From: Felis catus
Lineage: Eukaryota
NCBI RefSeq assembly: GCF_018350175.1
Contig: NC_058368.1
Span: forward strand, 53,198,001 to 53,262,000
DNA length: 64,000 nt
Direction of reading: 5' to 3'
A program made the translations under genes and the position numbers. The notes below the pieces were generated by a model that was not told the DNA's origin, ran no database searches, and worked only from the letters and a program-made list of their open reading frames with translations. Positions 24,323 through 38,007 of this stretch are shown piece after piece. Each line of letters begins with the position of its first letter. Position 1 is the first letter of the stretch.

Positions 24323-26208
24323 AATTCTACAAGTTTTGAAGTAGTCACACAACCACACTGAAGGAAAGAAATTAGGAATAGATAATAGTTGTAAATACCA
24401 CTAAGAAACACTTTAGTTTGGGCAGTGTGGGTAGTGTAGAGTCATAGTTTAACCCTTTGGGTGCCCAAGATTTCAAATTCTTTTTACTAGTTTAAATGGT
24501 TTCCCAACTTCCCCACCTTGGCGATCGGACTACATGAGAACTCTTGCTGGTCTTCCAAACCACCACACTTTCAAAAGCCTCCCCCTTAGCCACTACCTAG
24601 AATGAAATGATCCACCTTTTCCAATAGCTGAACTTCCATTCCTGCTGGTCCCCTCGGGTCTTCGGTAAAGTCATCTCTGATACTCTCAGGAAAAGTTATT
24701 GACTCCCTCCTCTGTGTTTCAAGTAAGTTTCTCCTGTCATTACTTTAGCATTTATTTTGGGAATGCTACAACTCTTTCTGTACACATCTGTCTCCGAATT
24801 CCATGATGGTAAAGCTTGAGGGTCTTTTTTTAATCTTGCACATAATGGTGTCAGAGATGAGTACGTTTTGTTTACCTGCTAAATATTTAGAAATGTTTGT
24901 TAAATGAATGAATATGTTATCACTAGTGAAATTCAATTATTGTACTACTATATTTAAGTGATGACACTGAGATTTAAGCCCTACTTGCTTCTCTAGGAGT
25001 TTACATAGAATGGTATGTATTCTATGAAGTGTCTTTTTTTTTTCAAGTCCTCTGCTATGAATATCATTTTTCCCCCATGTAATTTAGGTTCTTTCTCATT
25101 AGGTATGATCATTGTCCCTTTAATTGCTATTGTGTTTATTCTCTGCTCCTTCCTTCCTGCTCCCCACTTGTTTAATATGTCCCATGTCCTCTCTTTCTCA
25201 TTCTTATGAATCCTTGAAATGTCATGGCTTAATGTATTTCTTGACTTGGCATAATTCTTTATTTGGTTTTCATACCTATCATGTACTAATGGAATCACAT
25301 CTTTATACTAGGCAGGATTGTGACATGTCCAGTCATAATCAAAATATTCTAGGAGTCTCCCTCTCTTTTCTGTTTCCATTGCATCCACTTTCACACTGGT
25401 TCTACCTCGCCACACCTGAGTTATAACTGCAACAGCCTCCTAACGTCTGAGTCTGCATGCAGTACGCCCTATTCTAATCAGAACATATATCACTCCTGAT
25501 TTATTCTTCCTAAAACACTGGTTTCATTTTATTAATCCTATGAATAAGGGCCTTTAATTTCCCTGGGACAACACCTGGCATTCAAGATTCTCACAATCTG
25601 GCCACATCCTGTCTTTCTGATTTTATTCTCTATTCCTCCATTCTCCATTACTGTTGTAAGTGGTTCAAAAGAAGTTCGCTCTAATAACCACACTGATGTT
25701 CATCCCTTTGTGGCCCCTCTTTTGCCTCTGGACTGGCTCTGTGACTTGCTTATTACCACTGGACCATGGTGGAAGTGAGGCTGCAGGACTTTGGAGAGGA
25801 GGTCTCAAGAAGTCTTGCACTAACTTAGACCTCCTTCCTCAGGAAGTCTGTTTGACTGGGATCACTCTGATTCTACCGTAGCCCAAACTACAGCTTTCCT
25901 CTGAGGTCTATAAACACTCAGAGGGGAAAAAAAACTAAATAAAAAGATCCTTTTAATCTTGTCTTTCCAAATGTAATGCCAGAGCTCGGGGAAAATACAA
26001 CCCGATCCACCATCTGATCCCCTGGACTGTGCTAACTGTTTGGTACACAGATCACATCTCGAAAATCACTTCACTTCACCAAGCCTCCATTTCCTCAGTT
26101 AGTTGCATGCATCCTTGTGAGCGATTGTTGACCCATAAAATTAGCTCTTCCAACTTGACCTTCTGCAGCTTCACATCCTCAGTAGTTCAATTGTCATTCC
26201 CCACTTTA

Positions 26209-26970
26209 GACTTCTGCTTCTGGGCAAGATGGGATAACAGATACCAGGTTTACCCTTCTATCTGAAACAACCAAAAAATGGACAAAATATATGAAACGAA
26301 GGTTTTCAAGACACTGAACATCAGGCAACTAAAAATAGTAATCTCTGAGAAACATAAAACAAATGAGGAGAGCCCAAAGATTGCCCTGCCTACTGCATTG
26401 AGAGCATTTCTAGCACACAGAGGAGGAACTTAGGCAAAACCCAGTGAAGAACTTGAATTGAAGATATAGAGCTGCTAATTCAGGGTCACTAAGGAGGTTA
26501 TAGTTAGAAGGACAAAGTAAAAGAGAGGAGAGAGCAGGGCAAAGAAAGAACCTTCAGGGGCGTCTGGGTGACTCAGTTGGTTAAGTGTCTGACGTCAGAT
26601 CAGGTCATGATATGTGTGGTGTGCAAAGGGACCTGGTAGAAAGTGGATATGAAGAGGGATGCCTTGGTGGCTCAGTCAGTTAAGCGTCCAACTCTTGATT
26701 TCAGTTCAGGTCATTATCTCATGGTTCATGAGTGTGAGGCCCACATTGGGCTCTGCGCTGACAGTGTGGAGCCTACTTGGGATCCTGTTTCTCTCAGCTC
26801 CTCCTCCACTTGCGCACATTCTCTCTCTCTCTCTCCCTCCCTCTCTCTCTGTCTCTGTCTCTCAAAATAAATAATCTTTAAAATAGAAAGAAAGAATCTT
26901 CAGAGATTTGCAAAGGGTCCCCCTTAGGTATTTGCATATACTGATCGGCATATGCATGTGAGGGAGCTAA
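26209..26970 (+). mobile_element. Ancient L1M (L1M4/L1MD-like) 5' end, split by the composite SINE
   Basis: GACTTCTGCTTCTGGGCAAGATGG...GGACAAAATATATGAAACGAAGGTTTTCAAGACACTGAACATCAGGCAAC resembles the recalled L1M 5' consensus. Confidence 0.65.
26557..26886 (+). mobile_element. Composite CanSINE: 55-nt head + 44-nt unrelated spacer + full SINE
   Basis: Head 26557-26611, spacer 26612-26655, SINE from 26656; outer TSD AAAGAAAGAACCTTCA (26541-26556) / AAAGAAAGAATCTTCA (26887-26902). Confidence 0.85.
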
Positions 26971-26979
26971 AATAAAGTC

Positions 26980-27480
26980 AGATGTTTACCTTTTACCACA
27001 CACAAAAACCAGTATCAGGTAAGTTAAGTAAAATAAATTCAAGAAGCAAAACTTTAAGACTTTTAGAAGAAAATAAAGAACATCTCCATCACATCAAGGC
27101 AGGGAGTTTTTCTAACACAGACACCAAAAAGCACTGACCATAAATTAAAAGATTAATAAATTTGTGTACACTGAAATTAAAGCACAAACAGCAACATATT
27201 AAAATGGCACTGACACGAGCCAGACACAGAGAAAAGATGTTCATAATCCATAAAACCAGTAAGAAACTTTTGCTCAGAATATACAGTAAAATCCTACATA
27301 CCCATGCTTTTGAAGACAACCCAGTAACAACAGCTAAAAAGATAAATCGAAATAAAAAATAAACCAGGGAAGTGATATAAAAAGCAATTGTTTTAGAAAG
27401 TGAGCAACACATGAGATATATAAAAAATTTCCCAGGAGAATAAAACTACAATAAAATGCCATTTCACACCCACCTCATGG
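26980..27480 (+). mobile_element. Ancient L1M ORF2 3' fragment
   Basis: ACTTTAAGACTTTTAGAAGAAAATAAAG...AAAAAGCACTGACCATAAA...ACTACAATAAAATGCCATTTCACACCC. Confidence 0.6.
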
Positions 27481-27929
27481 ATAGGCAGTCATTCATTCAT
27501 TATCACGGGTTCATTGGAACCCTACTAGATGTAGTGCTCCATTAGGCACATGGAAACATTAAAGGGTGAATACATGACAATTATTTCATTTACCTTCTCT
27601 ACTAGAATGAGAACCCAAAAGGGCAGGCATCGCTTTTTATTCTTCATTGTATCTTCAGCATCTTTCTGTCATTAAGCAGAAAATTATTTAATGGCAGAAA
27701 AATGATGCAAATCCTACTCTGAGAATGTCACAGTGTGGGACAAGGAAGCAGCAAATCCTAACACCTCACAGGGATACCTGGGACTTCCACAGAGGAGCTA
27801 GGTTTTGGAGGATGTGCAGTTCTCCAGCACTTTGGCCAGACTCAAAATGAGCCTTGGGAAGAAGGTTTTCCTGGCATAGCTTCTTTCTTTTCAAGTCAGA
27901 ACAGAATATGTACCATTTGTACCATACTA

Positions 27930-27930
27930 T

Positions 27931-27961
<31 letters not shown>

Positions 27962-27983
27962 GCACGCACGCACGCACACACGC
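27930..27983. repeat. (CA)n/(CACG)n microsatellite
   Basis: Visible. Confidence 0.9.
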
Positions 27984-30900
27984 AAATCTCAAATAACTAA
28001 TTCCCTGAGAGTAAATAACTTCAGCTTCAAAATTCCAGAATAAGGAGGAAGATGAGGATGAGAGGAAGAAGATTCTAAGCCATCTATATCCATACAATTT
28101 ACCATGATGGTAATGTGGCTTTGATATTGGCCATCATCACTAATTTTATTATTTCACTGCCTTCATCGACCTTACTTTACTACTTCGGACAACTTGCCCA
28201 AGAAGAAAACAGTTGCAAATAACTTTATTGTTAGTTCCAGAACCTTCCCAAATATCCCACTTAAGTGAACATCAAACTGCTCAACTCTTCAATCCAATGA
28301 CCATGAACTCTCTAAGACCCTTCAAAACTCTCAAATCCACCAATTCTAAACTACCACATCATGACCTTTACCTACATTCCCCATACTGCTGTCTGCCAGC
28401 TCCTTCATCTCCACTACCCCCCAAACTTAAAAGACCTGCCTTAAAGCAGACTTCTATTCATTATTAGAACTCTGAAGAGGTGCCCTGTCCCCTTTCAGCT
28501 TTGTCTTATGAACAAGTTGTTTGGTGATATTTTCAAAGACCCAACAGTCTATTCTCCTCCTTCTCTTCCTCCTTCTGATCATCATCATCATCACTAACAT
28601 GGATTGAGCCCTAACTACATGCCAGGCACTTGCTAATTAGTTTAAATACCTAATAATCACATCTCTTACATGAATAGAGTATTTTTAAGCAAGTAATTAA
28701 CTAAAGTATAGGAGATATATTCAAATGAGATGTCAAAAAACCTCCAAAAAAGAGGTTTATATTTCCCACTGCCCTTCCTCATAAAAATTATGGGAGCCAC
28801 AGAGGTCCATCCAAGTCTAAAAGATACTCTGGAGCAGATTTCCTGGGTGAGCACCACCGGAAGCCATCTGTGATTGCAGTAGCATTGGCCTTCATGGCTT
28901 GGCTAAGTTGAGTTCTATTAAAAGAATTCCACCAAGGGAAATAAATGTGCCTCTCCTCTCAACAGTAAAGGGAGGTGACCTTCTCACAGAAAATATTAGC
29001 TGTTGAAATAAATAACGAAGGTACTACAAACATGAACAAAATAAATGTAGGAAGACTTTAAGGAGGAGAAATGTCTGTGTTTTGCTTTTCACCTCCAAAT
29101 AAAGAATAACAGATGTTCCCCCTGGCAAACTGCGAGAGGGAAATGGGGTGACTGAGCTTTGCAACTAAAATAATATCAACTGTATATTGTAATTTCACTT
29201 TTGCAACGCCACACTTTTGACTCTGTGGCACTGCCAGTAAAAATTCATTTTCAAGCAGCACATCTGAACAGCCTGGGCCTTTGCCTTAATTCACTTTTGT
29301 TGCTAAGAGCCAAGAAGAGAGGTAGCCTAGTATAAGGAGGATGGACGGCAGAGCACTCCAACGGAAGAGGCCACATGCTAAATTAATCATGTTCCAGCCA
29401 GAATTTGCAATTCTTTGAGAGATGCTCAAGACTGTATGAAAAATTTAGAGGTAACAGGGAAAGCAGGAGAGAGGTTGTGAAGCAGAAAGCTTCAGAGGGC
29501 ACTTTAAATGTGAAAGATGCATTAGAGCTTCTCACACGTGAACAAGATATCTTGCCTTACCAGACGCCATAAGTAAGGACCGCGATCTCCTAGGTGTGCT
29601 GATGAAGGGGCGCTCATGCTGGAACACAGACGTTTCAGACTGGATGGCCATTCTCAGGGATGAGGATAAACATGAAAATCATCCATCTTAAATTTAGCAT
29701 TGATTCATCAAAGACAGCATGCAAGGACAATGTCAATCCAAGGTGACAAGTTCTGTTTAGGGAGATCTGAGCATGATTGCTTAGATGAGTTTCAGGGATA
29801 TTGTATGATTATTATTTTCATATATATTTTCCCTTTGTTTCTGCTGTTATCTAACTAGTTCTATTTCTGAGTGCCTAGGATCTCCACTTTGTGCTGTAGA
29901 CTTCACCACTGGTTAACTACATGAATATAGTCAAATATGGTCTGTTCTGAACTTTCTTCATCTCAAAAATTAGATAAAATTCTTGATCCATCATAAATGA
30001 AAACCATGAAAAGTTTTTTTTAAGAACAAACAGATTGTCTAGAGGGATTCTTGATTTTTAATGTGTTTTTTAAAAAGGAATAAACAAAATAAGTGCCCTA
30101 ACTACAATGACAAGAAACTTACCAGGAATGCAATGCACTTTAGTTGTATTCCGTGTCAGTGGCAAGTCCTTCTCTCCGGAGGACCCTCAAGTATGTACCC
30201 TTCCAGAACTGTCCTGTCACACCTCACTCCTGATTCCAACCACATCTCTTCCTACTGATAACTGCAATTTCTTTTCTCGTGGTAGGAAATTGCTTCCAGG
30301 GGCCATAGAAGAAGAAACTATAGCAAACTTCATACTTAAGAAATTACAAGGACTCCACTCAGGGCTGTAACTGGAGGTGCAAATTGTCATGCTAAATGGG
30401 CTCAGGTAGTCACAAGATGAACGAGTTAAAGCCTCCCTGTCCTCCAGAGCTTCTGGCTGCCCAGGTCTTCTAACACCTTCTCCCTCTCTGACTCTGTGAT
30501 TAAGTCTCATCTCGTCCCCATTCTCCAACAGAACTTCCCTGCCCCAAATCCCACATTCTTAACCCTCAGCCTTCAACGAGCACCTAAAACTTCATTCCCA
30601 GCAAGCTATTAATAATGGTAGACAAGAAGTCTGAAATACAATCCATGTCCACTTTCAGGAGCTCAATTATTCCTTGGTTGTGGAGGGACATTTTCCTCTT
30701 ATCATCAATTAATATTTTATTGGGTTACTGTTTCTTTATATTAACTGCATCCCTAACAATTATTTTTGGAACCCTCTTTCCCCTCCCCCATCCACAGCTT
30801 CCCCTGGGGTCTCCCCTTCCTCCCAGCGAGACCTGAATTCCAGATGGCAAGATGCTCCTAATGCAGCTCATCTTTTCCAGTCACTTAAGGAAGCCACTTG

Positions 30901-31029
30901 TAGCCACTTAAGAGCAGCCCTCAAAACTCACTATTGGAATGAGAAAAAAGAACTGAGTCTTACCTAGCGTCGAGCTTTTCTTTAATTCCTCCAGTGCACC
31001 GCACAACTCAGCCTTCACACAGCTGTGTG

Positions 31030-31345
31030 CCATCTTCCTGGGACACTCCATTCTCTACCACCCCAAGCTGTAATCTGGTCTCATGCCTCTGAGCTCAAGG
31101 TAAATTTTATTACTTCAGATAGATCTTTGCTAAACCTCGCACAGACATCTGGTAGCCTGTACTATATGCTCCCATAGCCCTGGCCCCCTCTACCTGTTCG
31201 ACAGCCAGCACAATTTACTCTGCTTCTGAAGTGTCCATCATCACTTACCCAGGTTGTCTTTGCACCAGACTGAAAAGATCAGTGGGTCTGGTTCATTGCT
31301 GTTCTGCCAGTGGATAACAAGCATTTATCAAATGAATGAATAAAG
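31030..31345 (+). mobile_element. L2 3' end
   Basis: Ends in CATTTATCAAATGAATGAAT, the L2 terminal motif; highly diverged. Confidence 0.5.
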
Positions 31346-32827
31346 GCACAAATTGTGTTTGATTGTGTCTTATATCTGCCATAACATCAAGCAGGGTTAC
31401 TGAAACATAATAATTAGCGTTCAATAAAATGCTTATGGATTAAATGCAGGAATAAGAACCCTGAGGATGTCAGCTGAATTCAGCATACCCCAAATCAACT
31501 GGGAAAATCCTTCCTACAATGGTTGTTGCCTGATCTCTCAGTGGGCCTCTTGCCTTGCTACTTGGCTCAGATAAAAGAACAGCACTACAGGAAAAAAAAA
31601 AAAAAAGTAATATGCAATGGAAACTAAACTGCCACACTCAGAAGTGATATTCTCTTTTTCTTTCAACTCCTACTGTTGAACATTTTCCCCCAATCCCCCA
31701 AGAGGGAAAGATCACTGGAAGCACACCCATAAAAAAAAAAAGTCACCCTGATAAGGTTTTTTTACAAGACGTGTGCTATTTAAATTCTCACCCATGAATA
31801 TGTAGCTAATATTGACTAATGGGAAATGTAAAAGGAAGAAAGCTAAGGGTTTTTTTTTAAGCACATCCATTGAAATTAGGGTCATATGTAAGAAATTTGT
31901 TTAAAATTTTTTTTCTGAACCACATCCAAAACTCCAGAGGGCACATTAAATAATGGAAGTGTAAGCTACTGGGATTTGGTGCTGGTTAGAATGTTGGCAC
32001 AATACATGGCTTCCTGTGTGGTTTAAAAAATTAAGGAATTTTTCCCTCTTCCTTTATCTAGTAGCCTCCAAAATTAAAACAGTTTTCTTTTCTTTGTGGA
32101 ATAATACAAGCTAACCAAATTATACTCTAATATTTTCATTCAATGACTTTGAAAGTCATGAAAATGTTTGTTTGGGGAGTTGTGTATACAGAAAAAGAAA
32201 GAAAGGACCATATCAGGAGGATTAAAAAAAAGAAGATAAAACAAAGAATTCCAAGGATTGTCACAATCTGATCTGCATAAATAAAAGATAATAGCTTTCG
32301 TGAGCTGGCCAACCTTTGTGTGGAGTGATCGGTCTGTGGAGAGTCGTGTCTGAGAGGCTGCAGGTCATTATGGCAGGATACAGCCTATTTCTCATTTATA
32401 TTAAAGAATCTTGCCTGTTAAGGGCTTGATTTGGATCTCAGACATAAATGCGCCCAGGGCCACTCACCTAGTTAAGTCAATTGCTACATATGCATTCTCT
32501 CCCTAATACACACACAGAGTTTATCATTCACAATTCAACCATTACACCTAATGTTCTTTTCTTGATTTAGAAAGGATAACAGTTAGGTAGATCAGAAGGA
32601 CTCAAACTGAGGGGATTGGATCATAAAATTTACACCTAATATAGAATTTTGTTTCTAATTTTGTATAGAAGATGTGAATTTTCTCCCCCTTGACTACTTC
32701 AAGAGAAGACAATAAAATTGTTTCTGGTTTTGTTTTCTATGTTTGATTCACATTATTGTCTGGTTTCAGGCAAGATGGATTGTTCCAAGACAACATCTGG
32801 AGATCTAGGCAATGGAAACTTCTACAT

Positions 32828-32863
<36 letters not shown>

Positions 32864-33682
32864 AAGAAAAGAAAAGTCCAGACAATATAGTAAACAAAGC
32901 CTGACCACAAGAGTGGATAAATATGGACCATGAAACCAAGGAAATCCATGGCTCATGGGGTCTGGAGAAGAACTATGGGTGTAGTTGGAAGGCTTCCTTG
33001 GGCTGGGCCTCATAAGGTGGCCGTTGCTTTAGTGGGTCCCCCCCTTAGAGGTCTGCAGGTCTAGAAATTCAATGTATAACTTCACCCAGGCACAATCAGA
33101 CTCTACTGAATTGACTTGCATGATCAATATAAATTAAATTTTAATTTATAAATTATAATTTTTATATATAATATAATTTTTTATAATTTTTATTTTTATA
33201 GTTATAATTTAAAAAAAATATTTGGACACAGACTTCCAGTTAAAACGCCAATGGATTAATTTATGAGGCAATAATAATATGACACAATAGGAAAATTCTC
33301 ATCAGAAGATTGGGGCTTTGGTCTTTATGTACTCTTTGTGAGACACAGCCTTGCTAGTTCTTAATTTTCCTAATCACAACTGAGAGGTATTAAGAGTTAA
33401 TTCAAATGCTTGAGAAAATAGTTCAATAGACAAATGAGCAAATGACAGGAATAGAAGGCAGTATAGTATGGTGCTGTGCTTCTCAAACAAAACTTGGGCA
33501 ACCAAGGAGTCCCCAGATATATCAATAATGAGGACACTTGTATCAAGAAGTTCCATAGAACACATGTCAAGATGATTTGAAAGTAAATGAACAAAGGGCT
33601 CATTCTGCAGAAGTTTGCTAAACCCATGACCTGCAGACCCAGGAAAGATCATAAACTAATTTCATTGGAACATATGCCTAAA

Positions 33683-33860
33683 ACAATGGTTTTCAGGGGG
33701 AATGGTACTGCTCCCTAGGAGAGGTTTGGAAAAGGGGAGAGGACAAGGTGTGACAATAATGGGTGCCTCACTGGCATTTAGTTAGCGGGAGGCAGGGATG
33801 CTGTGTCTTGGAATGCACAAGACAGTTCTGCACAAAGAACTGTTCCCAGAAAATTGTGTA
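33683..33860 (+). mobile_element. MER20-like hAT-Charlie remnant
   Basis: CACTGGCATTTAGTTAGCGGGAGGCAGGGATGCT...AATGCACAAGACAG...ACAAAGAACTGTTCC. Confidence 0.6.
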
Positions 33861-34272
33861 CAACATTGCATTAATGAAGGTGTTTTTATAATGATCTAAT
33901 TTTCGTTTACATAAAGATAGTGTTATTTGCCCAGTTTTAATATGTACTGATTTTCCAGGATGGTAACGGCAAAGTAAATCAAAGAACAAATATACTCTGT
34001 TATGATCATATTTTTATCAAGAACGTTCACAGTTTTGAAAAAAATCTTCCCACTCATGATATTTGAGTCAATGGTAAGACAGTTTTATCAGTCTGCATTC
34101 ATGGCTGTGGGATTCATGGTGATTCTACAACTAGAGACAAACATCCTTTTTAGAATAAATTACTTTCATTTTATTCTCCCGTGTAATAAAGTTAGGCCAT
34201 TGCTTCAATACTTATAGTCAAGAGGTATTACAAAATGTTTGTTATATAAAAAGGAAGCATTGGATATAACTA

Positions 34273-34475
34273 TTTTTTTTAATGTTTATTTACTTTTGAG
34301 AAAGAGAGCACAAGCCAGGGAGGGGCAGAGAGACAGGGAGACAAAGAATCCGAAGCAGGCTCCAGGCTCTGAGCTGTCAGCACAGAGCCCTACACAGGGT
34401 CTGAATTCACGAACTGTGAGATCATGACCTGAGCCGAAGTTGGACATTTAACTGACTGAGCCATCCAGATGCCCC
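34273..34475 (-). mobile_element. CanSINE
   Basis: Antisense head, CT region and tail. Confidence 0.93.
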
Positions 34476-36067
34476 ATGAGAGTGTTGAAAACACTGATTG
34501 AGGACAAAGATTATCTACACGGTAAAAACAAAACAAAACAAAACAAAAAATCAAGGAAAGTTTGCAACAGACCTAAATGGGAAAATTGCCATTTCTAGGA
34601 ACAAGCAAAATTTCGTCGCCTTTCTGGGGACAAAAATACAAAGGGACAAAGTAAGAGGAAGGGCATTACTGGACCCAGAAGACCTAGTGAATATATAGCC
34701 ATCCCAGAAAGATGGAATATTAAGCTACAGGCAGGAGTCTCTGGGCCTATTTTCCATTTGGAATCCTGGGGAGATGCCACTTTGTACCATACCTCTACCC
34801 AGAACATGGCAATTATAGCAGATTAAAAATGGCAGTGGAGGACATATAAGCAGCAGACCAGAAATTGTGGCCCTGAGATTCCAGGGGCTCCATGGGAATC
34901 CAGTCATTCGCAGATGATCTCAGTGAGGGAGTCAGATCACAGCCAAAAGTATCAAGCAAGAATTTTGCCCTCCTGAAGACAAGGTAACCCTGAATGAGGG
35001 TATGTGCCATCACGTGGATGGCCAATGCCAGGGCTTAATGGAGACCATGGGTGAGATCAACAGACCAGAGTATATGCAGAACTGGAGGAAGGAACCAGGA
35101 TCAAAGCAGCAAAGTCATCAGGACACAGCAACCAGGTAAACAGTGAACAGCCAGCATGCAAACCCAAGACCCATCCCCTTCAAGAAACTGCTATCCTCAC
35201 CAGACCTGACACTAACCAGCTAAGCAAAAAATAAAGAAGTGACAATTTGTTTGGACACTTCTCAGTATTCCAAGGACTGCATTTTTATTCTTGTCTTAAG
35301 TATGTGCCTCTCTTTTCTATATGCATCAGAAGTTGTTCATCCTGAACTTAGACTGTGGGAACCAGAACTGAATGTAAGTCCAGCCCACAGCATTACATTT
35401 ATCATGAATCTAAGACTATTAAAATAAAAACAAGAATAAGAATGCCATCTACTGGCATGGATAGCAGCAAGGGCTCTAGCAAATCTGCATTTAGTTTAAG
35501 TGGGGAAAAGATAAAGAAAAAGGTTTTTTTACTATATCCTGTTATGAAATGCTGATAGCCACAGAATGGAGCACCACATATAAATAATATGAAGGGGATT
35601 GATCACAAATAAATTCTTTATTAACTAGTAAATCTCTCACCTTCATATCTCAATTTTGTATTTCCTACTATAGGCTCCATCTCGACACAAAAGAGGTAAA
35701 TAATGACACAAATGTTTTGTTTTATTAATTTGGCAAAGTGTTTCAAAACAACCTACTCTTGTTCTTTTTTTCAACCTTATAAGATATGTATTTCTAAAAT
35801 GGTTTGCCTATGTAGGCAGAATGATAGAGCATGTGACTCTCTTGGCTGTTTCTATTTTCTATATATTGGAGTTATATTGGATTTTTCTCGCATAATTTTC
35901 TAGAAGGCAAGCCAGACACCAATGAGTTGTGTCTGTCAATAGTGATTATTATTTATATGATCATTTGTATGACTTTTCCTCAGGTAACTAGTAATAATTT
36001 GAATTGTTAAACTTTTCAATAATGAATCATTTATTTCTAATCTTTTGTTATTTAAAAAACCTATTCA

Positions 36068-36191
36068 GGGGCGACTGGGTGGCTCAGTCAGCTAAGCATC
36101 TGACTCCTGATTTCGGCTCAGGTCATGATCCCAGGGTTGTGTGGTTGAGCCCTCACTGGGCTCCACGCTGTGCATGGAAGCTGTTTAAGAT

Positions 36192-36245
<54 letters not shown>

Positions 36246-36292
36246 TTCCCCTCTCCCCGCTCAAGCTCTAAAAAAACAAAAACAAAAACAAA
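36068..36292 (+). mobile_element. CanSINE (older), directly upstream of the full-length L1
   Basis: Head, long (CT)n, (A4-5C)n tail; TSD-like AAAAACCTATT / AAAACCCTATT. Confidence 0.93.
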
Positions 36293-38007
36293 ACCCTATT
36301 GGGAGCCAAGATAGTGGAACAGCATGAAAGTTTTTCGTGTGTGTCACGTCCATGAAATACAGCCAGACCAACACTAAACCAACCTGCACACCCAGAAAAC
36401 TGATCTGACAATTAACACAACAATCGGCAGAACCTGAACCACAGTATTCAGCAGGTACATGGCACAGAGAGGTGACCTGGGGAACAGAAGCCATGGAGGA
36501 CAGGGAGCCACTTTTGCGTGTGGAGAGAGGACAGAGACGGGATTGGGGAGGGAGAATATGGGAAAACCACCCCCCCCCCCAAAAGCAGCTGGAAAGAAAG
36601 TAGAAAAGTGGAAACAGCAGCAGGGACTGAACTAAAAAGGGAGAAAGGAGAAAGGAGAGGGTTTAAATTCCATTAAGACTATAAACAGGGGGAGCACAGA
36701 GTCTGCAACTCCACAGCTTGATACCTGGCAGTGCTCTGGTGGGAAGGGCAAATCCCCAGGAGCAGAGTGGGGTCCAGGAGGTTCTCAGGCCACACAGGGA
36801 GAAGCGGTTCCACTGCCGGAAGGACATTTTATAGAGACTGTTGAAGCCACCTGGTCCCAGCAGACCCCAGAAGGTGGCTACATTCACTGGTGCTGGGGCT
36901 AGGTCGTTAAGGGTGAAGCCTGGTGCCAGATGTGTGTTGTGATTTTCCATAATCCCTGAAACGCTGCTGCTGCATGATCGTATGCACTTTTTCTGGGGCG
37001 GGCTGGCACCCAGCCGCAGTCTCTGGGCGATGGAAGCAGCATGGTCCTGCAAAGTTTCCTAAGTGCGTCCAGCATTTGGCCATTGCTCAGTGAGACCCTC
37101 TCACAGAGGGGCAGAAGGGTAAAAGCCACAGTCCCTCTGAAGTAAGGGGTCGGGAAAAACAGCCGCATCTGAGACAAAACTCAGGACGGAAGTGCTGCCT
37201 GGGACTTGGTCACAGACAGTGTGGAAGCAGGGAGCAGACGAAAGTTGAAGACAGAAGACAGGTGCGCGATTGCTGATCGGGGAGAACAGAGTTCTGATAG
37301 AGACTGAAGAGCTGGGTGACGCCATTTTTAATGGTCCCGCGCAAGCACATACGCACCTACAAGCGCCACGACAATCCACCCAGTAAGCTAAGCAGCTCCA
37401 TCTAGTGGAGAATGGAGCCATTACACTAAGCCCTGACCAACTACGCCAACCTTATTCTTCAGGAACACAAGTCTCTCCACTTGCTTAGTTTATGGACTAT
37501 AAAGCGCTTCATAGTTTGACTTCTAGGGAAAAACAAAGTAATTTCAGTCGTATTTCAGTCTGTTCGCTGGTCTATTCAATTTTCTTTCTTTTTTTTCTTT
37601 TTTTCTTTTTTCTCTTTTTTGTGTCTTTTCTTTTTCTTGAATACAGAAAGAAAAAATTAATTTTTAGTTTCAATTTTTGTTAAAAATATTTTTTAATTTT
37701 TTTCTACTCTATTTTTTACTTTTGTGTAAATTTTTTCAACTTTTATTTTGCTTCCATCATTTCATTTTAGTCGACTTCAGTGTATTCATTTTTTCAAATT
37801 TTCAAATGATTTCCTTTTTTTCTTTCCCCTTTTTTCTCTAGTCTACCAAGCCTCTTTCAACATCCAGACCAAAACATCCAGACCAAAACACACCTAGGAT
37901 CTAGCATCATTTATTCAATTGTGTGTGTGTGTGTTTGAATTTTAATATTTTTTTAATTTTAATTAAAAAATTTGTTTTACCTCATTAATACCTTTTCTCT
38001 CTTCAAA

